This document shows positions 53,470 through 61,660 of a DNA stretch of 64,000 nt, piece after piece. Position 1 is the first letter of the stretch. Every line of letters starts with the position of its first letter. Under the pieces are notes generated by a model. It was not told the origin of the DNA. It was given only the letters and a program-made list of their open reading frames with translations, and searched no databases. Made by a program: the position numbers and the translations under genes. Source of the DNA: an uncultured Acidobacteriota bacterium (lineage in GTDB: Bacteria > Acidobacteriota > Vicinamibacteria > Vicinamibacterales > Fen-181); the NCBI GenBank assembly GCA_963727765.1, contig CAVSGZ010000007.1, positions 462,344 through 526,343 of the forward strand. Direction: 5' to 3'.

Positions 53470-53757
53470 TCAGTGGGTCCGCTCGCCCGCGGGGCGATCG
53501 AGGATGTCGAGCCCGAACATCGGCGTGGCAGGATCGATGCCGATGATCGCCACCGGCTCGATCTGGTGCGTCTCGGGGTCGGTCACACCGACCGAGAGCA
53601 TCCGCGTCTCATCGTCGAAGACGATCCGGCATGGACGTGTTTTGACGAGCGCCAAGTCGGCCGGCGAGAGCGCCACTTCGCTCAGCTCGTGAAGAGAGAT
53701 CAGCATCTTCGCCACGAGTGCCTTCTGTCGGGTCTGCCGTTCTTCAGTCGTCATCAT
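53470..53757 (-). CDS. Hypothetical element protein (95 aa)
   Basis: Track ORF 53470..53757. Overlaps the upstream gene's stop. Coding-like composition. Confidence 0.5.
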   Translation of the reverse strand: MMTTEERQTRQKALVAKMLISLHELSEVALSPADLALVKTRPCRIVFDDETRMLSVGVTDPETHQIEPVAIIGIDPATPMFGLDILDRPAGERTH

Positions 53758-54469
53758 CGTCTCCTGGCGCGTTGGCGTCCTGCTCGCGGTTGTCCACCGG
53801 CTTCTCGCTGGAACCTCCTGTGGGCCCCCACAGGAAGGTGTCGGGTTGCACCACCTCCGGCGCGAAGTCCGCGGCCGTCAGGCGCTGCGCCTCGCCTGGG
53901 AGCAGCAGGTTGTGCCGGCGAAGGTAGTCGGCCTGGGATTCGTAGACCGGCGGGTCGTCCGGGTCGATCGGCTGCCCCGCGAAGGGCCCAAGGCATCGCC
54001 CGATCCCGCGGGCGTAGATCAAGCGCCCCTCCGGGCTGGTGAAGATTCGGATGTCATCCGCCGTGATGAATTTGATCGGGCGGCCGGCCGTGAACTCGGG
54101 ACGGCCGGCCAGCACGTCATGCCGCGCGGTGCCGACGCCGCCGAGCCGGCGCCGCGGCTCGGCCAGCGCCTCGAGTTCAGCGTTGCCCTCGGCGCGACAC
54201 CAGGCCGGGAGCTCCGCGCGCGCCCACCGTGGCGCGTCGAATCGCCACCAGCAAAACGGTCGCGTGCCGGGTCGCTCGCACATCCACCGCGCGAGCAGCC
54301 CCTCGCGTGCCGCCGCCCAATCGGCCGTCACCCCCGCGTCGTCGGGGCCCGTCTTGCCGAAGACTTCCCAGAAGGCCCGGCCGTCATCTGGGAACTCGCC
54401 GAAGAGCATGTAGTTTTTGAGACCCTCTGCGGTCGCCGAGTCGACCGATTGCCGATTTCGTCGAAGCAT
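53744..54469 (-). CDS. Hypothetical element protein (241 aa)
   Basis: Track ORF directly downstream of TerS. Acidic C-terminus. No recognisable TerL, portal or protease motifs. Confidence 0.55.
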   Translation of the reverse strand: MLRRNRQSVDSATAEGLKNYMLFGEFPDDGRAFWEVFGKTGPDDAGVTADWAAAREGLLARWMCERPGTRPFCWWRFDAPRWARAELPAWCRAEGNAELEALAEPRRRLGGVGTARHDVLAGRPEFTAGRPIKFITADDIRIFTSPEGRLIYARGIGRCLGPFAGQPIDPDDPPVYESQADYLRRHNLLLPGEAQRLTAADFAPEVVQPDTFLWGPTGGSSEKPVDNREQDANAPGDDDDD

Positions 54470-54470
54470 G

Positions 54471-54917
54471 TCACCCCTCCGGTTCGATCTCGAGTTCCCT
54501 CAGGACGCTGATTAGTTCGTTCTCGATCTGTCGCAAGTGTCGGACCAGCGGATTGAGATACTTCCGGCCACCGCCGCTGTAAAGCACCGCGCCGCCTTTC
54601 GCCAGGTCGCGGCGGGTGACCGCCGCGTCATCGATGAGCGTGGCGCCGAGCCGGAGTAGCGCCGTCGCGGAAGCGTCCACAGCCGCGTTTTGCCGGCCGA
54701 GCTCGAGCCACTTGTCCGCGAGAAATTGGCGGCCCGGGTCGTCGAGCCCCTCGAGCAGTTTCGGAGGAATCGGGCCCAGGACAGCCGGCGCCGCGGACGC
54801 CGCCGCCCGGGAGGCCGCCAGGCGAGCGCCATGCCGGTCGGCCCTGAATGTTCCCCGGGCCAAATGCAGCGCGATTGGAAGGGGTTTTCGGCCGGATCGC
54901 CCTGGCTTCCCACTCAC
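54471..54917 (-). CDS. Phage terminase small subunit (P27 family-like)
   Basis: SGKPGRSGRKPLPIALHLARGTFRADRHG N-terminus typical of P27-type TerS. GTG 54917 is preceded by AGGAGG. The track ORF extends to 55001. Confidence 0.7.
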   Translation of the reverse strand: MSGKPGRSGRKPLPIALHLARGTFRADRHGARLAASRAAASAAPAVLGPIPPKLLEGLDDPGRQFLADKWLELGRQNAAVDASATALLRLGATLIDDAAVTRRDLAKGGAVLYSGGGRKYLNPLVRHLRQIENELISVLRELEIEPEG

Positions 54918-55211
54918 ATGTCCTCCTAATATTTGCCTTTTCCGTTTTGTGCCATTCTGCGAGCGCGAGGGCCTGTCCGGTTTTCCGGCCCGACGCGCCA
55001 AAGATTTCGACCCCCTATCCGCTCGAACGTCCCCACCCGCCGTCCTCGCGGTTCGTCTTGCGGCTGTGGCGCCCGTGCGCCTCTGCCACGAGCCGGCGCG
55101 CCGACGCGGGGAGCCGGTTCGTAACGGGGCCGGTGACGGCCCTGTTGCCTCCCGGTTTCCCCAAAGTGAGACCGACTAATACCCCCCGAACAGGTGGTCC
55201 ACGGTGACGGG

Positions 55212-55329
55212 TGTGACAGGTTTGGAGTCAATTCTGGTTTTTCTGTACTTCGTCTCTCGTAAGGAAAAAACATGAAACTACCCCTCAACCTGTCACCGAC
55301 CGCATAAACATTGGTCCAAACCTGTCACC
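55212..55329. promoter_or_regulatory. Three copies of AACCTGTCAC(C) (one inverted) in the AT-richer non-coding gap between the primase and TerS genes
   Basis: Direct copies at 55287..55297 and 55319..55329. Inverted 10/11 copy at 55212..55222. The region 54918..55324 has no convincing ORF. Confidence 0.6.
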
Positions 55330-56709
55330 AATCCCGGCGCGCGAGGCCAAGAAACGCCCTCCGCAGCCGTCCGGCCCCTCGTTGCAGCCGGTCGTTGGCC
55401 TTCCGCCCGAACAACGTCGCCGAGAACCGTTCCCGCACGCCATACCCCTGAGCGTTCGCCCACTTCTCGTAGTGGTCGAACAGATCCTTGAAGGCCACCA
55501 CGGCATCCGGGTCGGGCTCGGTCGCCTCATCCAGGAACCGGCCGAAGTGATCCGAGTCTTCGCGGTAGGCCGACGTGGCCTCGGTGACGATGGGCGGTGT
55601 GGACAGGCCCCGCTCTTGCCACGCCAGGCAGCCACGAACGAGCCACGCGAGAATACCGGGCGCCTCCTCGTGCAGGGTGGCCCCCAGTGTCGGGATCGGG
55701 CTGGAAGGTCCGCACAAAGGGAATGAGCCGCACTCGGCGCCAGAACGCAAACGAGTCGTCACGCACGACGGGCTTGTGATTGAACGCCAGCCAGATCTTG
55801 CCGACCGGCTGGAAGGTGAAGTACTCGCCGTGGAGGAACCGAGCCGTGCAGGCATCGCCTCCGGTCAGGCTCTTGATCCGGGCCTCGTTCAACCGCGTCC
55901 CATCGTTCGTCTCGCTGGCGAGGATGAACCGCCGGCCGGCGAGGGCCGCCAGGTCGTTCGGGATCGAGGCGCGCTGGTTTAGCTCGACCACGCTGAACGG
56001 CATGTCGTACGCGTAGTCGCCGACGGCGTTCGCAATCGCGCGGAGGCTCGTGCTCTTCCCGTTGGCGCCGCCCGCGTAGCCGCCGAAGAGCGCCTGCTCC
56101 GTGGTGACGCCGGTGATCGAGTAGCCGAAGGCCAACCACACAAACTCGGCCAGGGCGGGATCGGGGAACCACTCGCGAATCGCCTGCTCCCACCGCGGAC
56201 ACCGCGCCTCGGGGTCGAAACCCACGGCGGTCTGCATCGTGATCCGATCCTCGGGGCGGCCATCGCGGAGGTCGCCGGTTCGCAGATCCACCACACCGGT
56301 CGGCGTCCCGAGCAGCAAGGGGTCGGCGTCCACCGGTCGCCGTCGTCGGCGACCGGGCACAGACACTTCACGAGATTCAGCATCGCCTGCAGCTTGGCCA
56401 GGCGGTCGAAACCCATCGACCACTTGATCGTGTCGTCGCGCCGGAAGGCGTCGAGAGGTCCACAGCCTCGTGCTGCCAGCGCCGCACGGCCGCTCGCGCC
56501 AGGCGGATGACTTCGCCGCTCGTGTCGGGCGCCCAGTGATGATCGCGGAAGATCACCCACTGGTTCCGCGGGTGAATGAACTTCAGATCGTGCGCGTGGT
56601 CCGCCGCGAACCGCTCGGCGCCGCCGGCCTCGGTGAGTCGGTGCTCGAGCGGGACGCGCGACACCTGATCGCCGAAGTTCGGCTGCGGTTGGCGGACTCG
56701 CCGACTCAT
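55325..56709 (-). pseudogene. Phage/plasmid primase (P4/D5 family, helicase-type P-loop domain) with three apparent frame breaks
   Basis: Colinear pieces in four frames-segments: MSRRVRQPQPNFGD..TEAGGAERFAADHAHDLKF.., then ..AFRRDDTIKWSMGFDRLAKLQAML.., then ..VDADPLLLGTPTGVVDL..GGYAGGANGKST..RLIPFVRTF.., then ..LGATLHEEAPGILAWLVRGCLAWQERGL... Breaks near 56450, 56335 and 55700. Confidence 0.75.
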
Positions 56710-57022
56710 GCGACACGCTCGCAGTCGGCGCGCATCGTTCGCGCTGGTGCTCGCGTCGGTCCAGTTCGTCCCGCCAGTCCTCGAAGATGTCGAGTCGGGC
56801 ATGGATGAGCATCGCGTCCCAGTCGCCGGGCCGCCCAGGCTCGTCAGCCAGGCGCCGCCAGTTCCGCGCGATCGCCGTCGCCGCGTAGGTCGTCAACCAA
56901 GCCAGGTAGTCGAGCCGGCACGCGCCGAGCAGCTCCAGCGCCTCGATCGTGCGCCGGGCGTCGGCCAGCTCGCGCACCTTCTCAGCCAGGACGCGCGCCA
57001 GGGGATTGTCGAGAGCGGTCAT
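56707..57022 (-). CDS. Hypothetical element protein (~100 aa); 3' end uncertain
   Basis: MTALDNPLARVLAEKVRELADARRTIEAL... The reading frame has no stop before the primase ATG. A TGA overlapping that ATG (ATGA) exists only in another frame, so one more frame break is possible. Confidence 0.4.
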
Positions 57023-57222
57023 CGCGTCGCCTCGATGATTGCCGCGGCCAGGTCGCGCGCCACGTCCTCGCGGACGGCCAGCGCCGCGGTGTGGCTGGCC
57101 AGGTGCTCGAGCAGTACCTTGCGCTCGTCGTCGACCACGACGTCACTGTCGAGCAAGCTGTCGCGGAGGATTCGCACACGATCGAGAACGTCGGTGCGTG
57201 CTACACTTTGTCGGTCGGTCAC
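57019..57222 (-). CDS. Hypothetical element protein (67 aa)
   Basis: Track ORF. Its stop overlaps the next start (ATGA). Confidence 0.45.
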   Translation of the reverse strand: MTDRQSVARTDVLDRVRILRDSLLDSDVVVDDERKVLLEHLASHTAALAVREDVARDLAAAIIEATR

Positions 57223-57289
57223 AAGCTCTCCCTTGTGGCGACTGCGCCCGGTTCGAGTGCCTGCTCGCGCCGGGCGTTCGCGCGTACAG

Positions 57290-57526
57290 CTACGCTGCGT
57301 CCCTGGTCCGGTGGACGTGGGCGTTGAGCCAGGCGTCGAGGTCGGCGAGCCGGTAGCCGATGGCGCGGGTGGAGAGCTGCACCCAAGCGGGTCCGCGATC
57401 GTGCATCCGGGCGATGCGGAGGAACGATCGCGAGCGGGAGAGATACCGCGCCGCGTCTTTCTCCGTGATGACGTTGTGCAGTTCGGGACGGATGTTGGCG
57501 GGTTGTGGCGGCGCTGCGTGCTTCAT
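57290..57526 (-). CDS. AlpA/excisionase-type HTH DNA-binding protein
   Basis: MKHAAPP..VITEKDAARYLSRSRSFLRIARMHDRGPAWVQLSTRAIGYRLADLDAWL matches the AlpA/Xis pattern. Confidence 0.65.
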   Translation of the reverse strand: MKHAAPPQPANIRPELHNVITEKDAARYLSRSRSFLRIARMHDRGPAWVQLSTRAIGYRLADLDAWLNAHVHRTRDAA

Positions 57527-57566
57527 GCAGAGAGCATGAACGCGAGCACGGGACCGTGTTACTTCG

Positions 57567-58358
57567 CTATCGGCCCTTCGGCAGACCCTCGATATTGCGG
57601 TAGAGAGACAGGAACCTGACCACCCTCGCCACGTCCCTGAACAGGTCAACGGGCACGCCGCAGCCCGCGGCCTCATACGCAATCGCCAACGTCTTGGCGA
57701 AAATGCCGTCTGCGCTCTTCATAATGGGCAGCCTCGCGAGGGTGAAGCGTTCGCCGAGATCAAGTGCGATGGCTTCCCGATCCTCGGCCGTTTTGCGCCC
57801 CGGTTTGCCGAAACTCTGATGCCGGTAGGTGGTCAGCCGTTTTTCGATGCGGTCGAGACTCGCTTGAAGGGCCTCTATCTCTTGCCGCCGCTCCTCCAGC
57901 CACGTGGTCTGCCGGCTCAAGTAATCACGCCATGCGCGCGTGCGCTGTTCGCTGAAGGGATCGTCTCTGGCGTTCGCCTTCTCCAGGGCCACGCGCTGGT
58001 CGCGTAGCCAGTCCTCCTCGTCGAACGCACCAGCAAAGCTGGCAAGCATGCAGTCAGCGCCATCGAGGGCCTCGAGTGCGGCCCGGCACGATTTAGTAGC
58101 CGCGCGCAGGCGCCGGATCTTGCCTGCGAGGGCTTGATACATTTGCGGAAGCCTCAGTCCGTTTCGTTCCTGCCGCGCGTGGATGACGACGAGTATCAGA
58201 GCCGGGACGAACTTCGGATAGTCGCCGCCAAGGATACCCATGAGGGCCCTACGCTGGCCGGCATCGAAGACAATTGAGATGTCGGTGTCTGCGAGGATTC
58301 GCCTGTCCGCCTCGTCGTCATCCACGCGAGCACGTTCCAGTTCGCCTGTTGCAGCCAT
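57567..58358 (-). CDS. Hypothetical element protein (263 aa) between the integrase and Xis genes
   Basis: ATG 58358 overlaps the integrase stop (TAATG). MAATGELERARVDDDEADRRILADT... Predicted helical. No family recognised. Confidence 0.55.
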   Translation of the reverse strand: MAATGELERARVDDDEADRRILADTDISIVFDAGQRRALMGILGGDYPKFVPALILVVIHARQERNGLRLPQMYQALAGKIRRLRAATKSCRAALEALDGADCMLASFAGAFDEEDWLRDQRVALEKANARDDPFSEQRTRAWRDYLSRQTTWLEERRQEIEALQASLDRIEKRLTTYRHQSFGKPGRKTAEDREAIALDLGERFTLARLPIMKSADGIFAKTLAIAYEAAGCGVPVDLFRDVARVVRFLSLYRNIEGLPKGR

Positions 58359-59557
58359 TACGCACCCCCCAGCTTCGCCACGGCCGCCGCCAAGTTCTCC
58401 GGGGCCAAGTGGGCGTACCGCAACGTCAGCGCGAAGTCGGAATGGCCGAGCAGCGCGCGGACGCTGGCGAGATCCACGCCGGCCTGGACGAGCTTCGAGG
58501 CGAAGTGGTGTCGGAGGTCGTGCAGTCGAAACTTCGTAATCCCCGCGTTGTCGAGCAACGTGGACCACGCCGTTTTCAGCGTCGTCATCTTCGCGCCGGC
58601 CTCGTCGCTGGGGAACACGCGGTCTGCGACCGCGCCGGTCTGCCAGGCTTTCAAGGCGTCGTGCGCCTCGGTGTTGAGCGGGATATGCCGCGTGCGTCCG
58701 CTCTTGGCGCCTTCGCCGCGCACCGTCAGGACACGGCCCACGAGATCCACGTCCTGCCAGGTCAGGTTGAAGAGTTCCCCGCGCCGACAGCCGGTGTTCA
58801 TCGCCAGCAGGACGAACGGGGTCAGGTGGTCGGTGTAGGTGCCGAAGTCGGGGAGCAGGAAATAGCCGCGTTGACGTCGCCAGTCGTTCGCGCTGGCCCG
58901 CGCCGCCCGTCGAGCGTTGTCGCGCGCCACGAGGGCGAGGCGCAGTCGGATCTCTTCGTCCACGTTCAGAAACCGCACCGTCGCCGAGCGGTCCTCTTGG
59001 GACTGCTTCACGCGCCGCAGGGGATGATCGGGCAGTAGGTTCCACGCGACCGCTTTCGAGAGCGCCGCCCGCAGCGCCGCCAGATCGCGATTGGCCGTCG
59101 CCTTCGTGACGTCCTTCAGTCGGGCCGTGCGCCACCGCTCCACGGCGAAGCCGGTGATCTCGGTGAGCGGCTTGGCGCCGAACGGATCATCGAATTGTGC
59201 GTGCAGGCGCGCGAGCAGGGAAGGGGCGTGCTTCAGGTTCGCCCGCGCCCACGGCTCGTAATGCTTCTCGAGGAAGTCGGCGAAGGTTGCGGCCGTCTTC
59301 TTCGCCTTCTCAGCGATCGGGTCCGCGCCGTCGGCGACGTGGCCGAAAACCCCGCGCGCCAACTCGCGCGCCTTCTCCGGCTTCAGGTCGGCCACGCGGC
59401 CGAGCGTGTACCACTTCCCGCGGCCCAGGCTGACCAGATACGAGTGCTTGCCGCTCGGTCTGACCCGAAGCACCAGCCGTGGTTGTTTGTCGTCCCAGAC
59501 GTCGTAGGAGCCCTTGGCGAGGCCCTTCACGAGGTCCACCGTGATGGTCGCTTTCAT
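58358..59557 (-). CDS. int: Tyrosine-type site-specific integrase
   Basis: N-terminal DUF4102-like arm domain (LRVRPSGKHSYLVSLGRGKW), catalytic R..HDLRH..LGHSDFALTLRYAH. ATG 59557 is preceded by GGAGGG. Confidence 0.9.
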   Translation of the reverse strand: MKATITVDLVKGLAKGSYDVWDDKQPRLVLRVRPSGKHSYLVSLGRGKWYTLGRVADLKPEKARELARGVFGHVADGADPIAEKAKKTAATFADFLEKHYEPWARANLKHAPSLLARLHAQFDDPFGAKPLTEITGFAVERWRTARLKDVTKATANRDLAALRAALSKAVAWNLLPDHPLRRVKQSQEDRSATVRFLNVDEEIRLRLALVARDNARRAARASANDWRRQRGYFLLPDFGTYTDHLTPFVLLAMNTGCRRGELFNLTWQDVDLVGRVLTVRGEGAKSGRTRHIPLNTEAHDALKAWQTGAVADRVFPSDEAGAKMTTLKTAWSTLLDNAGITKFRLHDLRHHFASKLVQAGVDLASVRALLGHSDFALTLRYAHLAPENLAAAVAKLGGA

Positions 59558-59724
59558 GCGCCCTCCAAATCCTGGTGGTGCAATGGTGGTGCATGAGGCG
59601 TGAACTGACTGCACCACCAGAAAACCACGCCGCACCGATAACGCATTGTAAGCGCTTGAGACGACAGGCGCAAGCGGTATTTGTCGAATCTGCGTGGTTT
59701 CGACGTGTTTACGGTCGGAAGGCG

Positions 59725-59769
59725 TTCCTAAACCGGGGGTCGCGTGTTCGAGTCACGCCGGGCGCACCA
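59725..59769 (+). repeat. attR: 45-bp direct repeat (orphan 3' tRNA-Arg fragment)
   Basis: Identical to 50788..50832. No 5' tRNA half precedes it. Confidence 0.9.
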
Positions 59770-59906
59770 TTTCTAATCAATAAACACAGGCATGAATCGC
59801 AACGGCCCGGCAGAACAGCGCCAGGCCCGTTCTTTGACAGCGGACGAACGAGATTCCGGCTTGACACCTCGAAAAGCCCTCCGGCATGTTCGGGAGGTCT
59901 GGCTCC

Positions 59907-60311
59907 ATGATTCAGAACAAGATCGTAGCCCGCTACCAGGATGGACGCGTTCTCAAGGGCCAGACCGGCGACTTCCTGCCGACCAAACCGGTGTTTCATC
60001 TGACGTTGCACGATGCGCCTCAAGGTGAGAAGCCGCTCGAGGTGCAGATCGCCGAGCTCAAGGCCGTCTTCTTCGTGAAGGACTTCGAGGGTAATCGCGA
60101 ACGCAGGGATACCCAGGAATTCGGAGCCGGAAAGGCCGTCGTCGGCCGCAGGATTCGGGTGGTCTTCCAGGATGACGAAACGCTCGTCGGCACGACTCAG
60201 GGATACGATCCCTCCCGGCCCGGCTTCTTCGTCGTCCCCGCGGACTCGGACTCCAACAACGACCGCTGCTTCGTGGTCGCCCGCGCGACCAAAGAGGTGG
60301 CGTTCATTTGA
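59907..60311 (+). CDS. Hypothetical conserved protein (134 aa)
   Basis: MIQNKIVARYQDGRVLKGQTGDF.. ATG 59907 is preceded by GGGAGG. Confidence 0.6.
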   Translation: MIQNKIVARYQDGRVLKGQTGDFLPTKPVFHLTLHDAPQGEKPLEVQIAELKAVFFVKDFEGNRERRDTQEFGAGKAVVGRRIRVVFQDDETLVGTTQGYDPSRPGFFVVPADSDSNNDRCFVVARATKEVAFI

Positions 60312-60490
60312 GCTGTCCTGGCGTGACGGCGGTGCCCATGCGACCGCGAAGCGCTTCAGAAATTCTTCAGTTTCTCCGCCCCGGCCGGAATGGTAGAGTC
60401 CGGCGGCATGGCGCGTCGGTCCCAAAGCACCTGCGTAAGATACGACTCACGGCGGCTACCGAGACGCCACGTTCACTTGCGAGGAAGCAT

Positions 60491-61549
60491 ATGAAGAAAT
60501 GCCTGATCATCGCGTTGACTGCCTTCGTCGTTGCCGCTCTCGGCGCGCCCCGCGTCGGATCGGCCCAGACCTTCAAGGTCGATAAGTACGACATCAAGGG
60601 CGACGGCGGCACGGACTACGTGGCCGTCGAAGCCGCCACCGGGCGCGTTTTCGTCTCGCGCGCCACCCACGTGATGGTCGTCGAAGGCGCCACGGGCAAG
60701 GTGCTCGGCGACATCCCGAACACGCCGGGCGTGCACGGCGCCGGCCTCGTCACCAAGCACAACCACGGCTTCACCACCAACGGCGGCGACCAGACGGTCA
60801 CCATGTTCGACTTGAAGACGCTGGCGGTGGTCAAGCAGATCAAGGTCGGTCCCGGACTCGACGGCATCATGTACGACGCGCCGGACGACCTGATCATCCT
60901 CACCAACCACAGCCGGCCGATCGGCACGCTCACCGCGATCGATCCGAAGACCGGTGACATTGCTGCAACGGTGGAACTCGAGGACAACTCGCCGGAGGGC
61001 GCCGCCGCGGACGGCAAGGGCCACATCTTCGTGAACAACGAGGGCAAGAGCACGATCCAGGTGATCGACGTGAAAACCTGGAAGGCAACGGCGTCGTGGC
61101 CGCTGGCGCCGTGCGAGGGGCCGACTGGCATCGCGTACGACAAGGCGACCAACCGGATCTTCTCCGGCTGCAGCAACACCTCCGTCGTCCTGGATGCCAG
61201 CACCGGCAAGGTCGTGGCGTCCATCAAGAACGGGACTCGCGTCGACGCGCTGGGGTGGGATCCGGCCAGGAAGCTGATCTACATCCCGAACGGCGGGGAG
61301 GGAAACGTCACCGTCGTCCACCAGGATGCGGCCGACAAGTACTCGGTAGTGACCACGGTCGAGACGTTCCGCGGCGCCAAGACGATCTGCGTGGATCCCA
61401 AGACTCACAACGTGTACCTGTTCCAACCCGAGCGCGGGCCGGCTCCACCCCCGCCGCCGGGCACGCTGCCGCCGGCTGCCGGACAGCGCGGGCGCGGCCC
61501 GCAGGGACCGATCCTGGCGGCCTGGTTCATCGTGATCAAGCAGCAGTGA
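60491..61549 (+). CDS. Secreted YncE/YVTN-type beta-propeller protein
   Basis: Signal peptide MKKCLIIALTAFVVAALGAP. Repeated propeller blades (GVHGAGL, GLDGIMYD, PEGAAADGKG, PTGIAYD). Pro/Gly-rich tail. Confidence 0.75.
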   Translation: MKKCLIIALTAFVVAALGAPRVGSAQTFKVDKYDIKGDGGTDYVAVEAATGRVFVSRATHVMVVEGATGKVLGDIPNTPGVHGAGLVTKHNHGFTTNGGDQTVTMFDLKTLAVVKQIKVGPGLDGIMYDAPDDLIILTNHSRPIGTLTAIDPKTGDIAATVELEDNSPEGAAADGKGHIFVNNEGKSTIQVIDVKTWKATASWPLAPCEGPTGIAYDKATNRIFSGCSNTSVVLDASTGKVVASIKNGTRVDALGWDPARKLIYIPNGGEGNVTVVHQDAADKYSVVTTVETFRGAKTICVDPKTHNVYLFQPERGPAPPPPPGTLPPAAGQRGRGPQGPILAAWFIVIKQQ

Positions 61550-61660
61550 AGCAGCCCTCCCGCTGACTTTCTGGCGTCCGGCGCGGTCTGAGGTACCATT
61601 AGGCTGGAGGTTCATCCAGTGATCGCTGTCCTGCTGCAGAGTCAGACGGGTTTCGTCAGG

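Larger units (their letters stand above)
50788..59769 (-). mobile_element. ~9-kb integrative element in tRNA-Arg(CCT); phage-satellite-like (integrase, Xis/AlpA, primase, TerS, HK97 capsid; no portal, protease, TerL or tail genes)
   Basis: 45-bp exact direct repeats at 50788..50832 and 59725..59769. Tyrosine integrase sits next to the right repeat. All genes are on the minus strand. Confidence 0.85.

Noticed and set aside
54926-55288. 120-aa minus-strand ORF inside the element's non-coding gap
   Set aside because: The translation is Arg/Gly/Pro-rich noise. It runs through the AT-rich promoter-like stretch and overlaps the AGGAGG-GTG start of TerS.
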